Below, one piece after another: positions 1-9,620 of a stretch of 64,000 bases of DNA. Below the pieces are notes generated by a model. It was not told where the DNA came from. It did not search any database and saw only the letters and a program-made list of their open reading frames with translations. Positions within the stretch are counted from its first letter, which is position 1; each line of letters opens with the position of its first letter. Source of the DNA: Phycisphaerae bacterium (GTDB lineage Bacteria > Planctomycetota > Phycisphaerae > UBA1845 > Fen-1342); assembly GCA_050115495.1 (NCBI GenBank), contig JASFQK010000032.1, positions 17,769-81,768 of the forward strand, written 5' to 3'. The position numbers and the translations under genes are program-made.

Positions 1-69
1 GGGCCGCCCCCGGGGGGCGAGGAACCGCTCCCGCCGGGGGAAGGTCCGCACGAGAGGAGACGCCAACTG

Positions 70-3000
70 ATGCCGGAATCCGGCTCATTGTTTCTGGACT
101 GCCTGGAGCGACGGGTGCTCGTCTTCGACGGGGCCATGGGGACCAGTCTGCACGGCTTCGACCTGCCGCTGAGTGATTATCGCGACCTGGAGAACTGCTC
201 GGAGATCCTGAACGAGACCCGTCCGGACGTGGTCGAGCAGGTGCACCGCGGCTTCCTGGAGGTGGGTTGCGACGCGGTGGAGACGAATACGTTCGGGGCG
301 AACCGGGTGGTGCTGGCCGAGTACGGCCTGGCCGGGCGCGCTTACGAACTGAACGTGACGGCAGCCCGGATCGCCCGGCGGGCGGTCCAGGCGTTCAGCA
401 CGCCGGCTCGGCCGCGGTTCGTGGCGGGGAGCGTCGGACCGGGGACGCGGCTGGTGTCGCTGCGGCAGATCAGCTACGACGACCTGCTGGCCAGCTACAC
501 GGAGCAGATTCGGGGGCTGCTCGACGGCGGCGTGGACGTCGTCCTGATCGAGACGTGCCAGGACATCCTCCAGGCCAAGACGGCCGTGCAGGCGGCCCGG
601 CAGGCGTTCGAGGCGACCGGCCGCGTCGTGCCGCTGATGTGCCAGGTGACGATGGAGAGCACCGGCACGATGCTTGTGGGGACCGACCTGGCCGCCGCCG
701 TCACGGCGCTCGAAGCGTATCCCGAGGTCGCGGTCATCGGGCTGAACTGCGCCACCGGGCCGCAGGAGATGAGCGAGCACATTCGGTACCTGTCGGCGCA
801 TTGCTCGCGACGGCTGAGCGTGCTGCCGAACGCCGGCCTGCCGCAGCTTGTGGACGGCTGCCCGGTGTTTCCGCTGACGCCGAACGAGATGGCCCGCTGG
901 CTGCGCGAGTTCGTCGAGACGGACGGCGTGAACATCGTCGGCGGCTGTTGTGGCACGACGGCTGAGCACCTGGCCGCGATCGTCACCGCCATTGACGGAC
1001 GTGCTCCGGCGGCTCGGCAGCCCGTACACGAGCCGGCCGCCAGCAGCCTCTACCAAAGCGTGACGCTGCGCCAGGATCGCAGCTTCCTGATCGTCGGCGA
1101 ACGGTGCAACTCAAACGGGTCGCGGAAGTTCCGGCGGCTGCTGCTCGAAGGGGACATCGAGAGCATGGTCGCGACGGCCACCGAGCAGGTCGGCGAGGGG
1201 GCGCACGTCCTGGACGTGTGTGTCGACTGCGTCGGCCGCGACGGCGTTCCGGACATGCATCTGGTGATCGACCGTTTCGCCCGCGACGCCCTCGTGCCGC
1301 TCATGCTGGACAGCACGCAGCTCGACGTCATCGAGGCCGGACTCAAGCTGGCCGGCGGCAAGTGCATCGTCAACTCGATCAACCTCGAAGAGGGTGAGGA
1401 GCGCGTGGCCCGCATGGCTCGCCTCCTGCGCCAGTACGGGGCGGCGGTCGTCGCCCTGACCATCGACGAGGACCCGCAGGAAGCCATGGCCAAGACGGCC
1501 GATCGCAAGATCGCCATCGCTAAGCGGCTGCACCGGCTGCTCACCGAAACGCACGGCCTGGCCGAAGAGAACATCTTCTTCGACTGCCTGACGTTCCCGA
1601 TCACGACCGGCAACACAGAAGATCGGCGGCTGGCGTTGGAGACGCTCGACGGTGTCGAGGCCGTCACGCGGGAGCTGCCGAACTGCCAGACCATCCTCGG
1701 CGTGAGCAACGTCAGCTTCGGCCTTCAGCCGGCGGCGCGCGTCGTGCTCAACTCGGTGTTTCTGGCCGAGGCCCGCAATCGCGGCCTGACGGCGGCGATC
1801 GTCCACGCCAGCAAAATCCTGCCGCAGAACCAGATCAGCCCCGAGCGCTGGCAGGCGGCGCTCGATCTGATCTACGACCGCCGGGAACAGGGCGACCCGC
1901 TCGAACGATTCATGGGCCTGTTCGCCGAGGGCGAGCAGCTTGGCCAGCAGCGGCGGATCACCGATTTGCCGATCGAAGACCGGCTGCGGCAGCGGATCAT
2001 CGACGGGCAGCGGGCAGGGCTCGAAGCAGATCTCGACGCCGCCCTCGAAACGTACGGCCCGATCGACATCATCAACGAGTTCCTGCTGGACGGCATGAAG
2101 ACCGTCGGCGAATTGTTCGGCTCCGGGCGGATGCAACTGCCCTTCGTCCTGCGCAGCGCCGAGACGATGAAGGCGGCGGTGTCGCACCTCGAACCGCACA
2201 TGGATCAGGACAAGGCGGTCGAGCGCGGCGCGATCGTTCTGGCCACCGTGCGCGGCGACGTGCACGACATCGGCAAAAACCTCGTCGACATCATCCTCAG
2301 CAACAACGGCTACACCGTGCACAACCTGGGCATCAAGCAGCCCATCGCCCACATCATCGAGGCCATCGACCACTACCAGCCGGACGCTGTCGGGCTGAGC
2401 GGTCTGCTGGTCAAGTCGACGCTGGTGATGCGCGACGACCTGCGCGTGCTCAACGAGCGCGGCATCACGATACCGGTGCTGCTGGGCGGGGCGGCGCTGA
2501 CGCGGCGCTTCGTCGAGGGCGAGTTGCGGTCGATCTACGGCGGGCCGCTGCATTACGCCAAGGACGCGTTCGAGGGGCTCCAGCTCATGGGCAACATCAC
2601 CGGTGCCGCCACCGCCGCGATTGCTGAACAGGAAGTCGAGCCGGTCGCCGATTTCGCCGTGGCGATCACGACGGCGCAGGCGGCGACGGCGGCCACGACG
2701 CGCGACCTGGCCCGCGAGAGCAGCCAGCGCCGCGGTCTGACGGCGGTCGAGGAAATGGCTCCGCCACCCGCCGGTCGCGGTAGTCGTTCGGCGGCGCCCC
2801 CCCACCGTGGCGAGCCGGAGGGGCGCGAGACGGTCACGTACACGCATCCGGTGCCGCAGCCGCCGTTCTGGGGCGACCGCGTCGTCGAGCACATCCCGCT
2901 CAAGGGCGCCCTGGCGTACCTCAATGAGGTCATGCTCTTCCAGGTGCAGTGGCAGTTCCGCAAGCACGGCCGGCCCGCGGACGAGTTCAAGCGGTACATC

Positions 3001-3672
3001 GAGCAGCACGTCCGCCCGATCTATCGCGAGCTCGTCGAACGCTGCACGCGCGAGCAGATCCTGACGCCGCAGGCCGTGTACGGCTACTGGCCGGCAAATT
3101 CCGACGGCGACGATCTGGTTATCTTCAACCCGCCGACGGGGCCGAACGATCCGCCCAGCGCCCACGGTGACGAGCTGTTGCGCTTCACGTTCCCGCGGCA
3201 GCGGCAGCATCCGGGCTGGTGCCTGGCGGATTTCTGGCGGCCGCTGCGCGAAGGCGTGACGGACGTCGCTGCCTTCAGCATCGTGACCGCCGGGCGACGC
3301 GTCTCCGAGGTGGCCACCCTGTGGTTCCACGAGACGCGCTTCCAGGACTACCTGTTCTTGCACGGCCTCGGCGTCGAGGTGGCCGAAGCCCTCGCCGAGT
3401 ACATCCACAAGCAGGTGCGCATCGAGCTGGACGTCGCCCAACACGACGCCCGCGAAATCCGCCGGATCTTCCAGCAGGGTTACCAGGGCAGCCGCTACAG
3501 CTTCGGCTATCCGGCGTGTCCGAACCTCGAGGATCAGGCGCTGCTGATGCCGCTGCTGCGGCCGGGTCGCATCGGCGTGCACCTGAGCGAGGAGTACCAG
3601 CTCGACCCGGAGCAGACGACGAACGCGGTCATTACGTATCATCCGCAGGCGCGGTATTTCAACGTGCGGTAG
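70..3672 (+). CDS. metH: B12-dependent methionine synthase
   Basis: Hcy-binding domain (DGAMGT, GLNC, GGCCGT), pterin domain (IVGERCNSNGS), cobalamin motif GDVHDIGKNLV..GLSGLL, C-terminal activation domain (RYSFGYPACP); SD-like GAGGAG upstream. Confidence 0.97.
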   Translation: MPESGSLFLDCLERRVLVFDGAMGTSLHGFDLPLSDYRDLENCSEILNETRPDVVEQVHRGFLEVGCDAVETNTFGANRVVLAEYGLAGRAYELNVTAARIARRAVQAFSTPARPRFVAGSVGPGTRLVSLRQISYDDLLASYTEQIRGLLDGGVDVVLIETCQDILQAKTAVQAARQAFEATGRVVPLMCQVTMESTGTMLVGTDLAAAVTALEAYPEVAVIGLNCATGPQEMSEHIRYLSAHCSRRLSVLPNAGLPQLVDGCPVFPLTPNEMARWLREFVETDGVNIVGGCCGTTAEHLAAIVTAIDGRAPAARQPVHEPAASSLYQSVTLRQDRSFLIVGERCNSNGSRKFRRLLLEGDIESMVATATEQVGEGAHVLDVCVDCVGRDGVPDMHLVIDRFARDALVPLMLDSTQLDVIEAGLKLAGGKCIVNSINLEEGEERVARMARLLRQYGAAVVALTIDEDPQEAMAKTADRKIAIAKRLHRLLTETHGLAEENIFFDCLTFPITTGNTEDRRLALETLDGVEAVTRELPNCQTILGVSNVSFGLQPAARVVLNSVFLAEARNRGLTAAIVHASKILPQNQISPERWQAALDLIYDRREQGDPLERFMGLFAEGEQLGQQRRITDLPIEDRLRQRIIDGQRAGLEADLDAALETYGPIDIINEFLLDGMKTVGELFGSGRMQLPFVLRSAETMKAAVSHLEPHMDQDKAVERGAIVLATVRGDVHDIGKNLVDIILSNNGYTVHNLGIKQPIAHIIEAIDHYQPDAVGLSGLLVKSTLVMRDDLRVLNERGITIPVLLGGAALTRRFVEGELRSIYGGPLHYAKDAFEGLQLMGNITGAATAAIAEQEVEPVADFAVAITTAQAATAATTRDLARESSQRRGLTAVEEMAPPPAGRGSRSAAPPHRGEPEGRETVTYTHPVPQPPFWGDRVVEHIPLKGALAYLNEVMLFQVQWQFRKHGRPADEFKRYIEQHVRPIYRELVERCTREQILTPQAVYGYWPANSDGDDLVIFNPPTGPNDPPSAHGDELLRFTFPRQRQHPGWCLADFWRPLREGVTDVAAFSIVTAGRRVSEVATLWFHETRFQDYLFLHGLGVEVAEALAEYIHKQVRIELDVAQHDAREIRRIFQQGYQGSRYSFGYPACPNLEDQALLMPLLRPGRIGVHLSEEYQLDPEQTTNAVITYHPQARYFNVR

Positions 3673-3687
3673 ACGGCGGGCGCCTTT

Positions 3688-4170
3688 GTAGCGTCGGCCC
3701 CCCGTGGCCGACGTCGAATGCGGACACGGGCACGATGCGCGTCGTGGCGGCCGACCTCCGCGTCGGCCGTCGAACGGTAACACGCGCACGACGCGGGAGT
3801 GTCCTGGAGGACGATTGAATCAGTCGTCCCTCCGGGACTAGCGCGCGGGAGCGGTCGCGAATCCCAGCACTTCGTGCTGGGCTACAATCAGCCGTGCCTA
3901 CGGCACTTGGATGTGCGCAAGCCGACATTGTTCCCCAGTGACGGGAGTCGGTTGGTAAAGGGCGCATGCACCGGTGGGCAAGCCACCAGTGGCACTCGGC
4001 AGGCCGTGAGCCCTGAACCGGAGTGTGGCATGCTGAAGCCATAGGCGCCGGCATGTCTCGCGCTCGTGGCAGGGAGGATTTGCCCGCGCTGCCCGGGGCA
4101 GGCCGCACACCGAACTGAACGTCGTCCGTCGACGAATGCGCGCACGGGTGGGCAAGCCGCCAGTGGCACC
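3688..4170. repeat. Mosaic REP/BIME-like palindromic repeat cluster
   Basis: GTAG-CGTCGGCCCCCCGTGGCCGACG palindrome; GTCCCTCCGGGAC and CCCAGCACTTCGTGCTGGG hairpins; two copies of GGTGGGCAAGCCRCCAGTGGCAC; GTGTGGCATGCTGAAGCC unit; several of these units recur elsewhere in the window. Confidence 0.8.
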
Positions 4171-4312
4171 CGGCATGACACTTCGAACGGTGGCGGACGG
4201 CTGACAGATTGGTGTCGTTGCGGTTACCATGCGAATTGGTTGGGTCGGTCTGTGAAGGGCAGGCCGGCAGTTGGTTTCTGGCACACTACCGACCGGATGG
4301 GGCCCGGTGTCC

Positions 4313-4852
4313 ATGAGCCGTCAGTTGTTCTCTCGCCGGCCGAAGCTATCCGCGCGGCAGTTGCATCGCCTCGGGGGCATTCTGATCGCCCTGCCCGCAC
4401 TCATCGTGCTCGGTACGGGCTTGCTGCTGCAACTCAAGAAGAGCTGGACGTGGGTGCAGCCGGCGACGGTGCGCGGCACCGACAGCACACCCCGCCTGGA
4501 CTTCGCGGCGATCCTGGCCGTCGCCCGCACCGTCCCCGAGGCGGAAATCGCCGACTGGCCGGATATCGACCGCCTCGACGTGCGGCCCGACCGCGGCATC
4601 GTCAAGGTCCGGGCCCGCAACCACTGGGAGATCCAGATCGACACGGCGACGGGCGATGTTCTGCAAGTCGCCTATCGCCGGAGCGATGTGATCGAGGCGC
4701 TGCACGACGGATCCTGGTTTCACGATGCGGCGCGGCTGTGGATCTTCCTGCCCAGTGGCGTCGTGCTGCTCGGTCTGTGGTTGACCGGCGTCTATCTGTG
4801 GTTTCTGCCGGTCATCAGGCGCCGGCGCGCAGCGCGAGCCGAGAACCCGTAG
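4313..4852 (+). CDS. PepSY-associated TM helix domain membrane protein
   Basis: N-terminal LHRLGG..TM..GTGLLL, central PepSY-like segment (EIQIDTATGDVL), LHDGSWF followed by C-terminal TM; ATG at 4313 chosen. Confidence 0.8.
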   Translation: MSRQLFSRRPKLSARQLHRLGGILIALPALIVLGTGLLLQLKKSWTWVQPATVRGTDSTPRLDFAAILAVARTVPEAEIADWPDIDRLDVRPDRGIVKVRARNHWEIQIDTATGDVLQVAYRRSDVIEALHDGSWFHDAARLWIFLPSGVVLLGLWLTGVYLWFLPVIRRRRAARAENP

Positions 4853-5071
4853 CGCCGGCCCCCCGTGGCCGACGTCGAGTATCAACAAGCGCGCGACGCG
4901 CATCGTAGCGGCCGACCTCCGCGTCGACCGTCGCATGTCAACACGCACCCGACGCGGAAGTATCCTGGAGAGCGGTCGATTCAGTCGTCCCTCCGGGACT
5001 GCGGCGCGGGGACGGTCGCGAATCCCAGCACTGCGTGCTGGGCTACAATCAGCCGTGCCTACGGCACTAGG
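4849..5071. repeat. Second copy of the ~220 bp composite repeat at 3688-3910
   Basis: Collinear, same-length, diverged copy; its GTAG overlaps the stop codon of the PepSY gene. Confidence 0.85.
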
Positions 5072-5247
5072 ACACGCGAGCCCGCAGTGGCACGACGGGG
5101 CGTCGCCTCCGCTTGTTCGTACACAACTTCCGACGTGGCTCCGGTGCGTCCTATGTCGCCGGCTGGTGCGTTTTGGCGAATTTCGTGCTACGTTTGGCGG
5201 CTGCGGTGCCGGCGAGGGCCGGTGCGAGGCTGCCAAGGAGATCCTCC

Positions 5248-7431
5248 GTGTTCAGAACGACCCACATCCGCATCATCCCCCTGCCCGTTCATATTCTGCT
5301 TATCGCCTTCGCCGGCGTGGTGCTGTGCGGCTGCGCGACGCACCGGGGCTTCGACCCGGCGGACTATCCGAAGACGCCGACCGGCGACACGGTCGACGTG
5401 CTGTACGGTGTCAGCGTCGCCGACCCGTACCGCTGGCTGGAAGACGAAGACAGCGACGCCACCAAGGCCTGGGTCGACGCGCAGAATGTGCTCACCGAGC
5501 GCACACTGGCGCCATTTGCCGCCGAACAACAGAAGATTGCCGCCGAGTTGGAGGCTGTTTATGGCGTGGACACGGTGTCGAACCTGTTCCCGCACGGCCG
5601 CCGGTACTTCCTGATGAAACGGGCGGGCCTCGAAAACCACGCGAGGATCTACGTACGCGAAGGCGACTACCGCGGTGAGGACCGGGTGGTGCTCGATCCA
5701 AACACGTTCAGCGAGGACGGCACGGTCGCTCTGGACTGGTGGTTCGCGTCGCCCGACGGCTCGCTGATCGCCTACGGCAAGAGCGCTCACGGCTCCGAGA
5801 AGAGCACGCTGTACATCCGTGACGTCGAGCGCGGCGTGGACCTGCCCGACGCGATCCCGCACACGCAGTATTGCTCCGTGGCCTGGAATGCCGACAGCAC
5901 GGGGTTCTACTACAACCGCTGTCCCGATCCGGCGATGGTGCCGGCGGGCGAGGAGAACTTCCACATGCGGGTGTACTTCCACCGCGCGGGGACCGACGTC
6001 GCCGAGGATCGCTACGTCTGGGGCGAAGGCCGCCCGATCGACGAGGAGCCCCGGCCGTACGCGTCCAGCGACGGTCAATACGTGCTGCTCAACTTCTTCC
6101 GCGACCCGTCGGAGAACGACCTGTTCTTCGGCCGGATGGACAGCACGGAGCCGCTTCAGCCGGTGGCCGCCGGCCTGGGGACGATTACGACCGGCAACGT
6201 GCTCGACGGAACGCTGTTCGTACGCACGAATCACGAGGCGCCGCGTTTCCGCATCTGCGTGGCCGACGTGGCGCAACCGACGCCGGAGCACTGGCGCGAG
6301 CTGATCCCGCAGCAGAAGGGCGTGATCGACGATTTCGGCATCGTCGGCCGGCGGCTGGTGCTGCACGTGACCGAAGATGTGCATTCGCGGCTGCTGGTAT
6401 ACACGCTGGAGGGGCAGCTTGTGGAGGAGGTGCCGCTGCCGGGTGTGGGTACGGTGACGAGCTACCTGCCGGGGATCGGCACGGTGTCGGCGTTCGCAGG
6501 CGGGCTGGAGCGGCCGGAGCTGTTCTACTCGTACTCGTCGTGGGTCGTGCCGACGCAGGTGTGCTGCTATGATCTGGATCGGCAGGAAACGGCAACGCTG
6601 CATCAGCAGGCGTGCCCGGTGGACCTGAGCCGGTACGAGACGAAGCAGGTCTGGTGCACGTCGCGGGACGGGACGCGCGTACCGATGTTCGTCGTGGCCC
6701 GCAAGGACGTGGCCCTCAACGGCGACAACCCGACGCTGCTGTACGGCTACGGCGGCTTCAACAACAGCTTCTTCCCGACCTACCGCCCGCGGATCATCCC
6801 GTTCCTCGAGCGCGGCGGTGTGTGGGTGCTGGCCAACATCCGCGGCGGCGGCGAGTTCGGCCAGGCGTGGCACGATGGCGGCCGGCGCGAGCACAAGCAG
6901 AACTGCTTCGACGATTTCTACGCGGCGGGCGAGAAGCTCATCGAGCTCGGCTACACGAACCCGCACCGGCTGGCCTGCAAGGGCGGCAGTAACGGCGGTC
7001 TGCTCATCGGGGCGGCCGTGACGCAGCGGCCGGACCTGTTCCAGGCGGCGCTGTCGCAGGTGCCGCTGATGGACATGCTCCGCTTCAACCTGTGGGGCAT
7101 GGGGGCGCAGTGGGTGCACGAGTACGGCGACCCGAATGATGCCAAGGAGTTCGCCTGGCTGCGGGCCTACTCGCCCTACCACAACGTGCACGACGGCACC
7201 GACTATCCGGCGACGCTGATCGTCACCGCCGAGGCGGACAACCGCGTCGACACGGCGCACGCGTTCAAGATGACGGCGCGGTTGCAGGCGGCGACGTCGG
7301 GCAACCGGCCGATCCTGCTGCGCTGCGAGCGCAAGGCCGGCCACGGTGCCGGCAAGCCGCTGTCGATGCGCGTGCGCGACCAGAGCGAGGACTGGGCGTT
7401 CCTCATGTGGCAGCTTGGGATGCTGGACTAG
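5248..7431 (+). CDS. Prolyl oligopeptidase (S9A), probable lipoprotein
   Basis: DPYRWLED, YGYGGF, NIRGGGEFG, catalytic GGSNGG, DNRV, GHGAGK; lipobox VLCGC; AAGGAG before GTG 5248. Confidence 0.93.
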   Translation: MFRTTHIRIIPLPVHILLIAFAGVVLCGCATHRGFDPADYPKTPTGDTVDVLYGVSVADPYRWLEDEDSDATKAWVDAQNVLTERTLAPFAAEQQKIAAELEAVYGVDTVSNLFPHGRRYFLMKRAGLENHARIYVREGDYRGEDRVVLDPNTFSEDGTVALDWWFASPDGSLIAYGKSAHGSEKSTLYIRDVERGVDLPDAIPHTQYCSVAWNADSTGFYYNRCPDPAMVPAGEENFHMRVYFHRAGTDVAEDRYVWGEGRPIDEEPRPYASSDGQYVLLNFFRDPSENDLFFGRMDSTEPLQPVAAGLGTITTGNVLDGTLFVRTNHEAPRFRICVADVAQPTPEHWRELIPQQKGVIDDFGIVGRRLVLHVTEDVHSRLLVYTLEGQLVEEVPLPGVGTVTSYLPGIGTVSAFAGGLERPELFYSYSSWVVPTQVCCYDLDRQETATLHQQACPVDLSRYETKQVWCTSRDGTRVPMFVVARKDVALNGDNPTLLYGYGGFNNSFFPTYRPRIIPFLERGGVWVLANIRGGGEFGQAWHDGGRREHKQNCFDDFYAAGEKLIELGYTNPHRLACKGGSNGGLLIGAAVTQRPDLFQAALSQVPLMDMLRFNLWGMGAQWVHEYGDPNDAKEFAWLRAYSPYHNVHDGTDYPATLIVTAEADNRVDTAHAFKMTARLQAATSGNRPILLRCERKAGHGAGKPLSMRVRDQSEDWAFLMWQLGMLD

Positions 7432-7448
7432 CGCCGGCGGGCCGGCAG

Positions 7449-9596
7449 TCAGTTCGCCTTGTGCTCCGTCGTGGGTGCGGCGGTCAGCAGCTTGATGCGG
7501 ATGTGGCGGTACCACACCGGATTGCCGTGGTCCTGGAAGCCGATGTACCCGGAGCGGGGCATGTTCTTGTAGGCTGTCTTGAACTTGTTGGGCGTGCCGT
7601 CGGGGTTCTTCTCCGGCTCGGTCCACTGGTTCAGGTCGACGTCGACGAGGAGTTCACCGTTCATCACGTTCGTGATGTGGCCGCCGCGGCAGGTCAGCAC
7701 AACGTGGTTCCACTCGCCCGGTTTGAAGACGGCGTTGACGCGCGGGGCCATGATGTTGTAGAGGGCGCCGCAATCGTGCTTGTCCACCGTCGGCCGGCCG
7801 TAAGAATCCAGCACCTGGATCTCCTGCCCGGTCTGCACGGGGTCATTGACGTTGGCCGTGCGGAAGAAGATGCCGCTGTTGGCGTCCTTCGGGATGCGGA
7901 ATTCGAGCTCGAGGATGAAATCGCCGAACTGCTCGTCGGTCCAGATGTAACTGCCGCCCTTGCACATCAGCGCGCCGTCGTCGACGACCCAGGTCTCCGG
8001 CTTGCAGTGCCAGCCGGTGAGGTCGCGGCCGTTGAAGAGCTCACGCCATGCTGAGGCAGGCGTCGCCGCGGCCGGCGGTAGCTCGCGGATGGCGATGTTG
8101 CGGAAGCAGAGCTTGCTGCCATGTGACTGGAGCTGGATGTCACCGGTGGGATAGAGCGGCTTGTCGCGCTCCCAGTAATTTTCCAGCGGGACATCGTCGA
8201 CGACGAACTGGTCGTTGAGCGTGACGCTGACGCGGTCGCCGACGAGGCGGATGAGGAACGTGTTCCACTCGCCGACGGGGCGGTCGGCCCGTACGAGCGG
8301 CTTGCTGGGGTGATGCTCGTTGTTGTACAGACCGCCGGAACCCTCGGGGTGTTCGGCCGGATCCCAGATCTGGACCTGCGGCGAGCCGCGGAGATAGATG
8401 CCGCTGTCGCCGCCGGCCTCGATCTTCCAGTCGATTTTCAGCTCGTAGTCGCTGTAGTCGGCGGCGGTGCAGAGGTGGCTGCCCTGGCCGTCGAAGACGA
8501 TGACGCCGTCCTGGACCGACCAGTGCTGCCGCATGTTCTCGTCGGCGATCATTTGAGCGACATTGCGTTCCGCAGGGCTCAGGGTGGCCAGCGCTTTCGG
8601 ATCGCCGGCAAGACCACGCCAGCCGGTCAGATCGCGGCCGTTGAAGAGCGGCTTCCAATCGCCGGTGCTGGCCGGAGCGGCCGCGCTGTGCTGCGCGGAC
8701 GGGGCGGCGTCGGCGAGGAGATCGCCCATCGCGAACTGGATGCCGGCGAGGTAGTGCTGCAGGACTTGCGGCTGCCAGTAGATCTCGTCGCGGTGGCCGA
8801 GCGAGCAGTAGAAGATGCGGCCCTTGCCGTAGTTGCGGACCCACGAGACGGCGAAGTCGCCGTCGGTGCGGTTAATCCCCTGCTTGTCCATGTTCGTGCG
8901 GGTCGCGTCGAGGCTCAGAAGGACGCGCAGGTTCTCGCGCGAGTACGGCTCGCGGAACTGGTAGATCTCGTCGGCGATGACCAGCGGCTGGCCCTTGAAC
9001 ATGGCGACGACCGGATGCTTCGGCTCGTCCACCTTGATCGTCACTTCCTCGTTCCACGGGTGGCCGTTGAAGTAGCCGCCCATCATCTCGCCGAACTCGG
9101 GCCACTTGTAGAAGCAGTCGGTGGCGGCGTGGATGCCGACGAGACCGCCGCCGTTGCGGACGTAGTCGAGCAGGCTCTTCTTGAGTTGCTCGTCACGCTG
9201 ACGGGCTGCGGCCTGCTCGTCGGCGGGGAGCTTGTCGAAGTCCGTCGGCAGGAAGAGCTCACCGGTCGTGTTATTCATGCAGACGGCGTCGAAGCCGGCC
9301 AGCCGTGCGGACGTGAACATCTCGATGTCGTCGCTGACGACCACATCGAACGCGCCGGTCCGGCGGCCGAGGATCTCCATGGTCTGGCTGCACAGCGGGA
9401 TCGAGCTGTGCACGAAGCCGCGACAGAGGGTGAAGACGAGCAGGCGGCGTGGCTTCTGCGGGGTGGCCGGCGCTTTGTCCGGGGCGGCGGCGGTGATCTT
9501 CGCCGTAGCGTCCGCGGGCTGGGCGGCGGCGGTCGCCGATCCTACAACCATGAAACCAGCCACAAGCAGACAAACACTCACGAACTGGCGGAGCAT
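7449..9596 (-). CDS. Secreted ThuA-like domain plus two DUF1080 (3-keto-disaccharide hydrolase-like) domains
   Basis: Signal peptide; ThuA motifs (GIHAATD, GRIFYCSLGH); two copies of LFNGRDLTGW..SGI..GEWN..(LQSHG/FQDHG)..(F/Y)R(N/H)I. Confidence 0.88.
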   Translation of the reverse strand: MLRQFVSVCLLVAGFMVVGSATAAAQPADATAKITAAAPDKAPATPQKPRRLLVFTLCRGFVHSSIPLCSQTMEILGRRTGAFDVVVSDDIEMFTSARLAGFDAVCMNNTTGELFLPTDFDKLPADEQAAARQRDEQLKKSLLDYVRNGGGLVGIHAATDCFYKWPEFGEMMGGYFNGHPWNEEVTIKVDEPKHPVVAMFKGQPLVIADEIYQFREPYSRENLRVLLSLDATRTNMDKQGINRTDGDFAVSWVRNYGKGRIFYCSLGHRDEIYWQPQVLQHYLAGIQFAMGDLLADAAPSAQHSAAAPASTGDWKPLFNGRDLTGWRGLAGDPKALATLSPAERNVAQMIADENMRQHWSVQDGVIVFDGQGSHLCTAADYSDYELKIDWKIEAGGDSGIYLRGSPQVQIWDPAEHPEGSGGLYNNEHHPSKPLVRADRPVGEWNTFLIRLVGDRVSVTLNDQFVVDDVPLENYWERDKPLYPTGDIQLQSHGSKLCFRNIAIRELPPAAATPASAWRELFNGRDLTGWHCKPETWVVDDGALMCKGGSYIWTDEQFGDFILELEFRIPKDANSGIFFRTANVNDPVQTGQEIQVLDSYGRPTVDKHDCGALYNIMAPRVNAVFKPGEWNHVVLTCRGGHITNVMNGELLVDVDLNQWTEPEKNPDGTPNKFKTAYKNMPRSGYIGFQDHGNPVWYRHIRIKLLTAAPTTEHKAN

Positions 9597-9620
9597 GAGG
9601 TTCTCCTGTGCAGTGATACT

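Noticed and set aside
1..69. Possible SAM/SAH/cobalamin riboswitch upstream of metH
   Set aside because: Only 69 nt visible and no diagnostic core motif recognised
3688..5071. CRISPR array
   Set aside because: Repeats are heterogeneous palindromes without regular unique spacers, and there are no cas genes in the window
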